64,000 nt of DNA from Eledone cirrhosa (Eukaryota), in assembly GCA_964016885.1 (NCBI GenBank), contig OZ024740.1:295740001-295804000 (forward strand). Reading direction: 5' to 3'. Made by a program: the position numbers and the translations under genes. Numbering within the stretch: position 1 is the first letter of the stretch; each line of letters opens with the position of its first letter. Shown here piece by piece: positions 28,950 through 43,715 of the stretch. Under the pieces are notes generated by a model. It did no database searches and was not told the origin of the DNA. It saw only the letters and a program-made list of their open reading frames with translations.

Positions 28950-31050
28950 TGTACCTAAGAATATATTATATAGACAGTGAGTGTACCTGAGAATATATTA
29001 TATAGACAGTGAGTGTACATAAGAATATATTATATAGACAGTGAGTGTACCTAAGAATATATTATATAGATAGTGAGTGTATCTAAGAATATATTATATA
29101 GATAGTGAGTGTATCTAAGAATATATTATATAGACAGTGAGTGTACCTAAGAATATATTATATAGACAGTGATTGTACCTAAGAATATATTATATAGACA
29201 GTGAGTGTACCTAACAATATATTATATAGTATATATTATATAGACAGTGATTGTACCTAAGAATATATTATATAGACAGTGAGTGTACCTAAGAATATAA
29301 TATATAGACAGTGAGTGTAACTAAGAATATATTATATAGACAGTGAGTGTACACGAGAATATATTATATAGACAGTGATTGTACCTAAGAATATATTATA
29401 TAGACAGTGAGTGTACCTAACAATATATTATATAGACAGTGAGTGTACCTAAGAATATATTATTTAGAAAGTGAGTGTACCAAACAATATATTATATAGA
29501 GAGTGAGTGTACCTAAGAATATATTATATAGACAGTGAGTGTAACTAAGAATATATTATATAGAGCGTGATTGTACCTAAGAATATATTATATAGACAGT
29601 GAGTGTACCTAAGAATATATTATATAGACAGTGAGTGTACCTAAGAATATATTATATAGGCACTGACTGGACCTGAGAATATATTATATAGACAATAAGT
29701 GTACCTAAGAATATATTATATAGAGAGTGAGTGTACTGAGAATGTATTATATAGACAGTGAGTGTACTGAGAATATATTATATAGACAGTGAGTGTACCT
29801 AAGAATATATTATATAGAGAGTGAGTGTACGCGAGAATATATTATATAGACAGTGAGTGTACCTAAGAATATATTATATAGACAGTGAGTGTAACTAAGA
29901 ATATATTATATAGACAGTGAGTGTTCCTAAGAATATATTATATAGACAGTGAGTGTACTGAATATATATTATATAGACAATGAGTGTACCTAAGAATATA
30001 TTATATAGACAGTGAGTGTACCTGAGAATATATTATATAGACAGTGAGTGTACATAAGAATATATTATATAGACAGTGAGTGTACCTAAGAATATATTAT
30101 ATAGATAGTGAGTGTATCTAAGAATATATTATATAGATAGTGAGTGTATTTAAGAATATATTATATAGACAGTGAGTGTACCTAAGAATATATTATATAG
30201 ACAGTGATTGTACCTAAGAATATATTATATAGACAGTGAGTGTACCTAACAATATATTATATAGTATATATTATATAGACAGTGATTGTACCTAAGAATA
30301 TATTATATAGACAGTGAGTGTACATAAGAATATAATATATAGACAGTGAGTGTAACTAAGAATATATTATATAGACAGTGAGTGTACACGAGAATATATT
30401 ATATAGACAGTGATTGTACCTAAGAATATATTATATAGACAGTGAGTGTACCTAACAATATATTATATAGACAGTGAGTGTACCTAAGAATATATTATTT
30501 AGAAAGTGAGTGTACCAAACAATATATTATATAGAGAGTGAGTGTACCTAAGAATATATTATATAGACAGTGAGTGTACCTAAGAATATATTATATAGAG
30601 CGTGATTGTACCTAAGAATATATTATATAGACAGTGAGTGTACCTAAGAATATATTATATAGACAGTGAGTGTACCTAAGAATATATTATATAGGCACTG
30701 ACTGGACCTGAGAATATATTATATAGACAATAAGTGTACCTAAGAATATATTATATAGAGAGTGAGTGTACTGAGAATATATTATATAGACAGTGAGTGT
30801 ACTGAGAATATATTATATAGACAGTGAGTGTACCTAAGAATATATTATATAGAGAGTGAGTGTACGCGAGAATATATTATATAGACAGTGAGTGTACCTA
30901 AGAATATATTATATAGACAGTGAGTGTAACTAAGAATATATTATATAGACAGTGAGTGTTCCTAAGAATATATTATATAGACAGTGAGTGTACTGAATAT
31001 ATATTATATAGACAATGAGTGTACCTAAGAATATATTATATAGACAGTGA
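28950..31050. repeat. Tandem duplication, 1035-bp unit x2, each copy carrying a 14-bp partial-monomer insertion
   Basis: ATTATATAGTATATATT at 29221/30256 and GGCACT at 29659/30694. 1035 = 32x32 + 14 - 3 (three 31-bp monomers). Confidence 0.9.
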
Positions 31051-34000
31051 GTGTACCTAACAATATATTATATAGAGAGTGAGTGTACCTAAGAATATAT
31101 TATATAGACAGTAAGTGTACCTAACAATATATTATATAGACAGTGAGTGTACCTAAGAATATATTATATAGAGAGTGATTGTACCTAAGAATATATTATA
31201 TAGACAGTGAGTGTACCTAATAATATATTATATAGAAAGTGATTGTATCTAAGAATATATTATATAGGCACTGACTGGACTTGAGAATATATTATATAGA
31301 CAATAAGTGTACCTAAGAATATATTATATAGAGAGTGGGTGTACTGAGAATATATTATATAGACAGTGAATGTATCCAAGAATATATTATATAGATAGTG
31401 AGTGTACCTGAGAATATATTATATAGACAGTGAGTGTACCTAAGAATATATTATATAGAGAGTGAGTGTACGCGAGAATATATTATATAGACAGTGAGTG
31501 TACCTAAGAATATATTATATAGACAGTGAGTGTACCTGAGAATATATTATATAGACAGTGAGTGTACATAAGAATATATTATATAGACAGTGAGTGTACC
31601 TATGAATATATTATATAGATAGTGAGTGTATCTAAGAATATATTATATAGATAGTGAGTGTATCTAAGAATATATTATATAGACAGTGACTGTACCTAGG
31701 AATATATTATATAGACAGTGAGTGTACCTAAGCATATATTATATAGACAGTGAGTGTACCTAAGAATATAATATATAGACAGTGAGTGTAACTAAGAATA
31801 TATTATATAGACAGTGAGTGTACCCGAGAATATATTATATAGACAGTGATTGTACCTAAGAATATATTATATAGACAGTGAGTGTACCTAAGAATATATT
31901 ATTTAGAAAGTGAGTGTACCAAACAATATATTATATAGACAGTGAGTGTACCTAAGAATATATTATATAGACAGTGAGTGTACCTAATAATATATTATAT
32001 AGAGAGTGAGTGTACCTACGAATATATGATATAGATAGTGAGTGTATCCAAGAATATATTATATAGACAGTGAGTGTACCTGAGAATATATTATGTAGTC
32101 AGTGAGTGTACCTAAGAATATATTATATAGACAGTGAGTGTACCTAAGAATATATTATATAGATAGTGAGTGTATCTAAGAATATATTATATAGATAGTG
32201 AGTGTATCTAAGAATATATTATATAGACAGTGAGTGTACCTAAGAATATATTATATAAACAGTGATTGTACCTAAGAATATATTATAAAGACAGTGAGTG
32301 TATCTATGAATATATTTTATAGACAGTTAGTGTACCTAGGAATATATTATATAGACAGTGAGTGTACCTAAGCATACATTATATAGACAGTGAGTGTACT
32401 GAGAATATATTATATAGACAGTGAGTATAATTAAGAATATATTATATAGAGAGTGAGTGTACGCGAGAATATATTATATAGACAGTGAGTGTACCTAAGA
32501 ATATATTATATAGACAGTGAGTGTACCTGAGAATATATTATATAGACAGTGAGTGTACATAAGAATATATTATATAGACAGTGAGTGTACCTAAGAATAT
32601 ATTATATCGATAGTGAGTGTATCTAAGAATATATTATATAGATAGTGAGTGTATCTAGGAATATATTATATAGACAGTGAGTGTACCTAAGAATATATTA
32701 TATAGACAGTGATTGTACCTAAGAATATATTATATAGACAGTGAGTGTACCTAAGAATATAATATATAGACAGTGAGTGTAACTAAGAATATATTATATA
32801 GACAGTGAGTGTACACGAGAATATATTATATAGACAGTGATTGTACCTAAGAATATATTATATAGACAGTGAGTGTACCTAACAATATATTATATAGACA
32901 GTGAGTGTTCCTAAGAATATATTATTTAGAAAGTGAGTGTACCAAACAATATATTATATAGACAGTGAGTGTACCTAAGAATATATTATGTAGAGCGTGA
33001 TTGTACCTAAGAATATATTATATAGACAGTGAGTGTACCTAAGAATATATTATATAGACAGTGAGTGTACCTAAGAATATATTATATAGGCACTGACTGG
33101 ACCTGAGAATATATTATATAGACAATAAGTGTACCTAAGTATATATTATATAGAGAGTGAGTGTACTGAGAATATATTATATAGACAATGAGTGTACCTA
33201 AGAATATATTATATAGAGAGTGAGTGTACGCGAGAATATATTATATAGACAGTGAGTGTACCTAAGAATATATTATATAGACAGTGAGTGTACCTAAGTA
33301 TATATTATATATACAGTAATTGTACCTAAGAATATATTATATAGACAGTGAGTGTACCTAAGAATATATTATATAGACAGTGAGTGTACCTAGGAATATA
33401 TTATATAGACAGTGAGTGTTCCTAAGAATATATTATATAGACAGTGAGTGTACCTAATAATATATTATATAGACAGTGATTGTACCTAAGAATATATTAT
33501 ATAGATAGTGAGTGTATCTAAGAATATATTATATAGATAGTGAGTGTATCTAAGAATATATTATATAGGCACTGACTGGACCTGAGAATATATTATATAG
33601 ACAATTAGTGTACCTAAGAATATATTATATAGAGAGTGAGTGTACTGAGAATACATTATATAGACAGTGAATGTATCCAAGAATATATTATATAGACAGT
33701 GAGTGTACCTGAGAATATATTATATAGACAGTGAGTGTACCTAAGAATATATTATATAGATAGTGAGTGTATCCAAGAATATATTATATAGACAGTGAGT
33801 GTACCTGAGAATATATTATATTGTCAGTGAGTGTACCTAAGAATATATTATATAGACAGTGAATGTATACAAGAATATATTATATAGATAGTGAGTGTAT
33901 CTGAGAATATATTATATAGACAGTGAGTGTACATAAGAATATATTATATAGACAGTGAGTGTACCTAAGAATATATTAGATAGATAGTGAGTGTATCTAA

Positions 34001-37000
34001 GAATATATTATATAGTTAGTGAGTGTATCTAAGAATATATTATATAGACAGTGAGTGTACCTAAGTATATATTATATATACAGTGATTGTACCTAAGAAT
34101 ATATTATATAGACAGTGAGTGTACCTAAGAATATATTATATAGACAGTGAGTGTACCTAGGAATATATTATATAGACAGTGAGTGTACCTAAGCATATAT
34201 TATATAGACAGTGAGTGTACCTAAGAATATATTATATAGACAGTGAGTGTAACTAAGAATATATTATATAGAAAGTGAGTGTACCAAACAATATATTATA
34301 TAGACAGTGACTGTACCTAAGAATATATTATATAGACAGTGAGTGTACCTAATAATATATTATATAGACAGTGATTGTACCTACGAATATATTATATAGG
34401 CACTGACTGGACCTGAGAATATATTATATAGACAATAAGTGTACCTAAGAATATATTATATAGAGAGTGAGTGTACTGAGAATATATTATACAGACAGTG
34501 AGTGTACTGAGAATATATTATATAGACAGTGAGTGTACCTGAGAATATATTATATAGAGATCGAGTATACCCGAGCATATATTATATAGACAGTGAGGGT
34601 ACCTAAGAATATATTATATAGACAGTGAGTGTACCTAAGAATATATTATATAGACAGTGAGTGTACTGAGAATATATTATATAGCCAGTGAGTGTACCTA
34701 AGAATATATTATATAGAGAGTGAGTGTACCTAAGAATATATTATATAGACAGTGAGTGTACTTAAGAATATATTATATAGACAGGGAGTGTACCTGAGAA
34801 TATATTATATAGACAGTGAGTGCACCTAAGAATATATTATATAGCTAGTGAGTGTACCTGAGAATATATTATATAGACAGTGAGTGTTCCTAAGAATATA
34901 TTATATAGACAGCAAGTGTACTGAATATATATTATATAGACAATGAGTGTACCTACGAATATATTATATAGACAGTGAGTGTACCTAAGAATATATTATA
35001 TAGACAGAGAGTGTACCTAAGAATATATTATATAGACAGTGAGTGTACCTAAGAATATATTATATAGACAGTGAGTGTACCTAAGAATATATTATATAGA
35101 CAGTGAGTGTTCCTAAGAATATATTATATAGACAGTGAGTGTACTGAACATATATTATATAGACAATGAGTGTACCTAAGAATATATTATATAGACAGTG
35201 AGTGTATCTAACAATATATTATAGACAGTGAGTGTACCTAAGAATATATTATATAGACAGTAAGTGTAACTAACAATATATTATATAGACAGTGAGTGTA
35301 ACTAAGAATATATTATATAGACAGTGAGTGTACACGAGAATATATTATATAGACAGTGATTGTACCTAAGAATATATTATATAGACAGTGAGTGTACCTA
35401 ACAATATATTATATAGACAGTGAGTGTTCCTAAGAATATATTATTTAGAAAGTGAGTGTACCAAACAATATATTATATAGACAGTGAGTGTACCTAAGAA
35501 TATATTATATAGAGAGTGAGTGTACCTAAGAATATATTATATAGACAGTGAGTGTACCTAAGAATATATTATGTAGAGCGTGATTGTACCTAAGAATATA
35601 TTATATAGACAGTGAGTGTACCTAAGAATATATTATATAGACAGTGAGTGTACCTAAGAATATATTATATAGGCACTGACTGGACCTGAGAATATATTAT
35701 ATAGACAATAAGTGTACCTAAGTATATATTATATAGAGAGTGAGTGTACTGAGAATATATTATATAGACAATGAGTGTACCTAAGAATATATTATATAGA
35801 GAGTGAGTGTACGCGAGAATATATTATATAGACAGTGAGTGTACCTAAGAATATATTATATAGACAGTGAGTGTACCTAAGAATATATTATATAGACAGT
35901 GTGTGTACCTAAGAATATATTATATAGACAGTGAGTGTACCTAAGAATATATTATATAGACAGTGAGTGTACCTAAGAATATATTATATAGACAGTGAGT
36001 GTACTGAATATATATTATATAGACAATGAGTGTACATAAGAATATATTATATAGACAGTGAGTGTACCTAGCAATATATTATATAGAGAGTGAGTGTACC
36101 TAAGAATATATTATATAGACAGTAAGTGTACCTAACAATATATTATATAGACAGTGAGTGTACCTAAGAATATATTATATAGAGAGTGATTGTACCTGAG
36201 AATATATTATATAGAGATCGAGTGTACCCGAGAATATATTATATAGACAGTGAGGGTACCTAAGAATATATTATATAGACAGTGAGTGTACCTAAGAATA
36301 TATTATATAGACAGTGAGTGTACTGAATATATATTATATAGACAATGAGTGTACCTAAGAATATATTATATAGACAGTGAGTGTACCTAAGAATATATTA
36401 TATAGACAGAGAGTGTACCTAAGAATATATTATATAGACAGTGATTGTACCTAAGAATATATTATATAGACAGTGAGTGTACCTAAGAATATATTATATA
36501 GACAGTGAGTGTTCCTAAGAATATATTATATAGACAGTGAGTGTACTGAACATATATTATATAGACAATGAGTGTACCTAAGAATATATTATATAGACAG
36601 TGAGTGTATCTAACAATATATTATAGACAGTGAGTGTACCTAAGAATATATTATATAGACAGTAAGTGTAACTAAAAATATATTATATAGACAGTGAGTG
36701 TACCTAAGGATATATTATATAGAGAGTGATTGTACCTAACAATATATTATATAGAGAGTGAGTGTACCTAAGAATATATTATATAGGCACTGACTGGACC
36801 TGAGAATATATTATATAGACAATAAGTGTACCTATGAATATATTATATAGAGAGTGAGTGTAATGAGAATATATTATATAGACAGTGAGTGTACTGAGAA
36901 TATATTATATAGACAGTGAGTGTACCTAAGAATATATTATATAGTGAGTGAGTGTACCTAAGAATATATTACATAGAGAGTGAGTGTACCTGAGAATATA

Positions 37001-38489
37001 TTATATAGACAGTGAGTTTACCTAAGAATATATTATATAGATAGTGAGTGTACCTAAGAATATATTATAGAGACAGTGAGTGTACTGAAAATATATTATA
37101 TAGACAGTGAGTGTACCTAAGAATATATTATATAGACAGTGAGTGTACCTGAGAATATATTATATAGACAGTGAGTGTTCCTAAGAATATATTATATAGA
37201 CAGCAAGTGTACTGAATATATATTATATAGACAATGAGTGTACCTAAGAATATGTTATATAGACAGTGAGTGTACCTAAGAATATATTATATAGACAGTG
37301 AGTGTACCAAAGAATATATTATATAGACAGTGAGTGTACCTGAGAATATATTATATAGACAGTGAGTGTACCTAAGAATATATTATATAGATAGTGAGTG
37401 TATCCAAGAATATATTATATAGACAGTGAGTGTACCTGAGAATATATTATATTGTCAGTGAGTGTACCTAAGAATATATTATATAGACAGTGAATGTATA
37501 CAAGAATATATTATATAGACAGTGAGTGTATCTGAGAATATATTATATAGACAGTGAGTGTACATAAGAATATATTATATAGACAGTGAGTGTACCTAAG
37601 AATATATTAGATAGATAGTGAGTGTATCTAAGAATATATTATATAGATAGTGAGTGTATCTAAGAATATATTATATAGACAGTGAGTGTACCTAAGTATA
37701 TATTATATATACAGTAATTGTACCTAAGAATATATTATATAGACAGTGAGTGTACCTAAGAATATATTATATAGACAGTGTGTGTACCTAAGAATATATT
37801 ATATAGACAGTGAGTGTACCTAAGAATATATTATATAGACAGTGAGTGTACCTAAGAATATATTATATAGACAGTGAGTGTTCCTAAGAATATATTATAT
37901 AGACAGTGAGTGTACTGAATATATATTATATAGACAATGAGTGTACCTAAGAATATATTATATAGACAGTGAGTGTACCTAGCAATATATTATATAGAGA
38001 GTGAGTGTACCTAAGAATATATTATATAGACAGTAAGTGTACCTAACAATATATTATATAGAAAGTGAGTGTACCTAAGAATATATTATATAGAGAGTGA
38101 TTGTACCTAAGAATATATTATATAGACAGTAAGTGTAACTAACAATATATTATATAGACAGTGAGTGTACCTAAGAATATATTATATAGGCACTGACTGG
38201 ACCTGAGAATATATTATATAGACAATAAGTGTACCTAAGAATATATTATATAGAGAGTGAGTGTACTGAGAATATATTATATAGACAGTGAGTGTACTGA
38301 GAATATATTATATAGACAGTGAGTGTACCTAAGAATATATTATATAGTGAGTGAGTGTACCTAAGAATATATTACATAGACAGTGAGTGTACCTGAGAAT
38401 ATATTATATAGACAGTGAGTGTACCTAAGAAAATATTATATAGATAGTGAGGGTACCTAAGAATATATTATATAGAGAGTGAGTCTACC

Positions 38490-41400
38490 TAAGAATATAT
38501 TATATAGATAGTGAGTGTATCCAAGAATATATTATATAGACAGTGAGTGTACCTGAGAATATATTATATTGTCAGTGAGTGTACCTAAGAATATATTATA
38601 TAGACAGTGAATGTATACAAGAATATATTATATAGACAGTGAGTGTATCTGAGAATATATTATATAGACAGTGAGTGTACATAAGAATATATTATATAGA
38701 CAGTGAGTGTACCTAAGAATATATTAGATAGATAGTGAGTGTATCTAAGAATATATTATATAGATAGTGAGTGTATCTAAGAATATATTATATAGACAGT
38801 GAGTGTACCTAAGTATATATTATATATACAGTAATTGTACCTAAGAATATATTATATAGACAGTGAGTGTACCTAAGAATATATTATATAGACAGTGTGT
38901 GTACCTAAGAATATATTATATAGACAGTGAGTGTACCTAAGAATATATTATATAGACAGTGAGTGTACCTAAGAATATATTATATAGACAGTGAGTGTTC
39001 CTAAGAATATATTATATAGACAGTGAGTGTACTGAATATATATTATATAGACAATGAGTGTACCTAAGAATATATTATATAGACAGTGAGTGTACCTAGC
39101 AATATATTATATAGAGAGTGAGTGTACCTAAGAATATATTATATAGACAGTAAGTGTACCTAACAATATATTATATAGACAGTGAGTGTACCTAAGAATA
39201 TATTATATAGAGAGTGATTGTACCTAAGAATATATTATATAGACAGTAAGTGTAACTAACAATATATTATATAGACAGTGAGTGTACCTAAGAATATATT
39301 ATATAGACAGTGAGTGTACCTGAGAATATATTATATAGACAGTGAGTGTTCCTAAGAATATATTATATAGACAGCAAGTGTACTGAATATATATTATATA
39401 GACAATGAGTGTACCTAAGAATATGTTATATAGACAGTGAGTGTACCTAAGAATATATTATATAGACAGTGAGTGTACCAAAGAATATATTATATAGACA
39501 GTGAGTGTACCTGAGAATATATTATATAGACAGTGAGTGTACCTAAGAATATATTATATAGATAGTGAGTGTATCCAAGAATATATTATATAGACAGTGA
39601 GTGTACCTGAGAATATATTATATTGTCAGTGAGTGTACCTAAGAATATATTATATAGACAGTGAATGTATACAAGAATATATATTATATAGACAGTGAGT
39701 GTACCTAAGAATATATTATATAGACAGTGAGTGTACCTAAGAATATATTATATAGACAGTGAGTGTTCCTAAGAATATATTATATAGACAGTGAGTGTAC
39801 TGAATATATATTATATAGACAATGAGTGTACCTAAGAATATATTATATAGACAGTGAGTGTACCTAGCAATATATTATATAGAGAGTGAGTGTACCTAAG
39901 AATATATTATATAGACAGTAAGTGTACCTAACAATATATTATATAGACAGTGAGTGTACCTAAGAATATATTATATAGAGAGTGATTGTACCTAAGAATA
40001 TATTATATAGACAGTAAGTGTAACTAACAATATATTATATAGACAGTGAGTGTACCTAAGAATATATTATATAGGCACTGACTGGACCTGAGAATATATT
40101 ATATAGACAATAAGTGTACCTAAGAATATATTATATAGAGAGTGAGTGTACTGAGAATATATTATATAGACAGTGAGTGTACTGAGAATATATTATATAG
40201 ACAGTGAGTGTACCTAAGAATATATTATATAGTGAGTGAGTGTACCTAAGAATATATTACATAGACAGTGAGTGTACCTGAGAATATATTATATAGACAG
40301 TGAGTGTACCTAAGAATATATTATATAGATAGTGAGTGTACCTAAGAATATATTATATAGAGAGTGAGTCTACCTAAGAATATATTATATAGACAGTGAG
40401 TATACCTAAGAATATATTATATAGACAGTGAGTGTACCTGAGAATATATTATATAGACAGTGAGTGTACCTAAGAATATATTATATAGATAGTGAGTGTA
40501 CCTAAGAATATATTATATAGACAGTGAGTGTACCTAAGAATATATTATATAGATAGTGAGTGTACTGAAAATATATTATATAGACAGTGAGTGTACCTAA
40601 GAATATATTATATAGATAGTGAGTGTACTGAAAATATATTATATAGACAGTGAGTGTACCTAAGAATATATTATATAGACAGTGAGTGTACCTGAGAATA
40701 TATTTTATAGACAGTGAGTGTTCCTAAGAATATATTATATAGACAGCAAGTGTACTGAATATATATTATATAGACAATGAGTGTACCTAAGAATATGTTA
40801 TATAGACAGTGAGTGTACCTAAGAATATATTATATAGACAGTGAGTGTACCAAAGAATATATTATATAGACAGTGAGTGTACCTAAGAATATATTATATA
40901 GACAGTGAGTGTACCTAAGAACATATTATATAGACATTGAGTGTTCCTAAGAATATATTATATAGACAGTGAGTGTACTGAATATATATTATATAGACAA
41001 TGATTGTACCTAAGAATATATTATATAGACAGTGAATGTATACAAGAATATATTATATAGACAGTGAGTGTATCTGAGAATATATTATATAGACAGTGAG
41101 TGTACATAAGAATATATTATATAGACAGTGAGTGTACCTAAGAATATATTAGATAGATAGTGAGTGTATCTAAGAATATATTATATAGATAGTGAGTGTA
41201 TCCAAGAATATATTATATAGACAGTGAGTGTACCTGAGAATATATTATATTGTCAGTGAGTGTACCTAAGAATATATTATATAGACAGTGAATGTATACA
41301 AGAATATATTATATAGACAGTGAGTGTATCTGAGAATATATTATATAGACAGTGAGTGTACATAAGAATATATTATATAGACAGTGAGTGTACCTAAGAA

Positions 41401-43715
41401 TATATTAGATAGATAGTGAGTGTATCTAAGAATATATTATATAGATAGTGAGTGTATCTAAGAATATATTATATAGACAGTGAGTGTACCTAAGTATATA
41501 TTATATATACAGTAATTGTACCTAAGAATATATTATATAGACAGTGAGTGTACCTAAGAATATATTATATAGACAGTGTGTGTACCTAAGAATATATTAT
41601 ATAGACAGTGAGTGTACCTAAGAATATATTATATAGACAGTGAGTGTACCTAAGAATATATTATATAGACAGTGAGTGTTCCTAAGAATATATTATATAG
41701 ACAGTGAGTGTACTGAATATATATTATATAGACAATGAGTGTACCTAAGAATATATTATATAGACAGTGAGTGTACCTAGCAATATATTATATAGAGAGT
41801 GAGTGTACCTAAGAATATATTATATAGACAGTAAGTGTACCTAACAATATATTATATAGACAGTGAGTGTACCTAAGAATATATTATATAGAGAGTGATT
41901 GTACCTAAGAATATATTATATAGACAGTAAGTGTAACTAACAATATATTATATAGACAGTGAGTGTACCTAAGAATATATTATATAGACAGTGAGTGTAC
42001 CTGAGAATATATTATATAGACAGTGAGTGTTCCTAAGAATATATTATATAGACAGCAAGTGTACTGAATATATATTATATAGACAATGAGTGTACCTAAG
42101 AATATGTTATATAGACAGTGAGTGTACCTAAGAATATATTATATAGACAGTGAGTGTACCAAAGAATATATTATATAGACAGTGAGTGTACCTGAGAATA
42201 TATTATATAGACAGTGAGTGTACCTAAGAATATATTATATAGATAGTGAGTGTATCCAAGAATATATTATATAGACAGTGAGTGTACCTGAGAATATATT
42301 ATATTGTCAGTGAGTGTACCTAAGAATATATTATATAGACAGTGAATGTATACAAGAATATATATTATATAGACAGTGAGTGTACCTAAGAATATATTAT
42401 ATAGACAGTGAGTGTACCTAAGAATATATTATATAGACAGTGAGTGTTCCTAAGAATATATTATATAGACAGTGAGTGTACTGAATATATATTATATAGA
42501 CAATGAGTGTACCTAAGAATATATTATATAGACAGTGAGTGTACCTAGCAATATATTATATAGAGAGTGAGTGTACCTAAGAATATATTATATAGACAGT
42601 AAGTGTACCTAACAATATATTATATAGACAGTGAGTGTACCTAAGAATATATTATATAGAGAGTGATTGTACCTAAGAATATATTATATAGACAGTAAGT
42701 GTAACTAACAATATATTATATAGACAGTGAGTGTACCTAAGAATATATTATATAGGCACTGACTGGACCTGAGAATATATTATATAGACAATAAGTGTAC
42801 CTAAGAATATATTATATAGAGAGTGAGTGTACTGAGAATATATTATATAGACAGTGAGTGTACTGAGAATATATTATATAGACAGTGAGTGTACCTAAGA
42901 ATATATTATATAGTGAGTGAGTGTACCTAAGAATATATTACATAGACAGTGAGTGTACCTGAGAATATATTATATAGACAGTGAGTGTACCTAAGAATAT
43001 ATTATATAGATAGTGAGTGTACCTAAGAATATATTATATAGAGAGTGAGTCTACCTAAGAATATATTATATAGACAGTGAGTATACCTAAGAATATATTA
43101 TATAGACAGTGAGTGTACCTGAGAATATATTATATAGACAGTGAGTGTACCTAAGAATATATTATATAGATAGTGAGTGTACCTAAGAATATATTATATA
43201 GACAGTGAGTGTACCTAAGAATATATTATATAGATAGTGAGTGTACTGAAAATATATTATATAGACAGTGAGTGTACCTAAGAATATATTATATAGATAG
43301 TGAGTGTACTGAAAATATATTATATAGACAGTGAGTGTACCTAAGAATATATTATATAGACAGTGAGTGTACCTGAGAATATATTTTATAGACAGTGAGT
43401 GTTCCTAAGAATATATTATATAGACAGCAAGTGTACTGAATATATATTATATAGACAATGAGTGTACCTAAGAATATGTTATATAGACAGTGAGTGTACC
43501 TAAGAATATATTATATAGACAGTGAGTGTACCAAAGAATATATTATATAGACAGTGAGTGTACCTAAGAATATATTATATAGACAGTGAGTGTACCTAAG
43601 AACATATTATATAGACATTGAGTGTTCCTAAGAATATATTATATAGACAGTGAGTGTACTGAATATATATTATATAGACAATGATTGTACCTAAGAATAT
43701 ATTATATAGACAGTG
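38490..43715. repeat. Near-tandem duplication, offset 2681 bp (~84 monomers) x2
   Basis: TTGTCAG 38569/41250, 34-bp monomer ACAAGAATATATATT 39671/42352, GGCACT 40074/42755. Confidence 0.9.
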
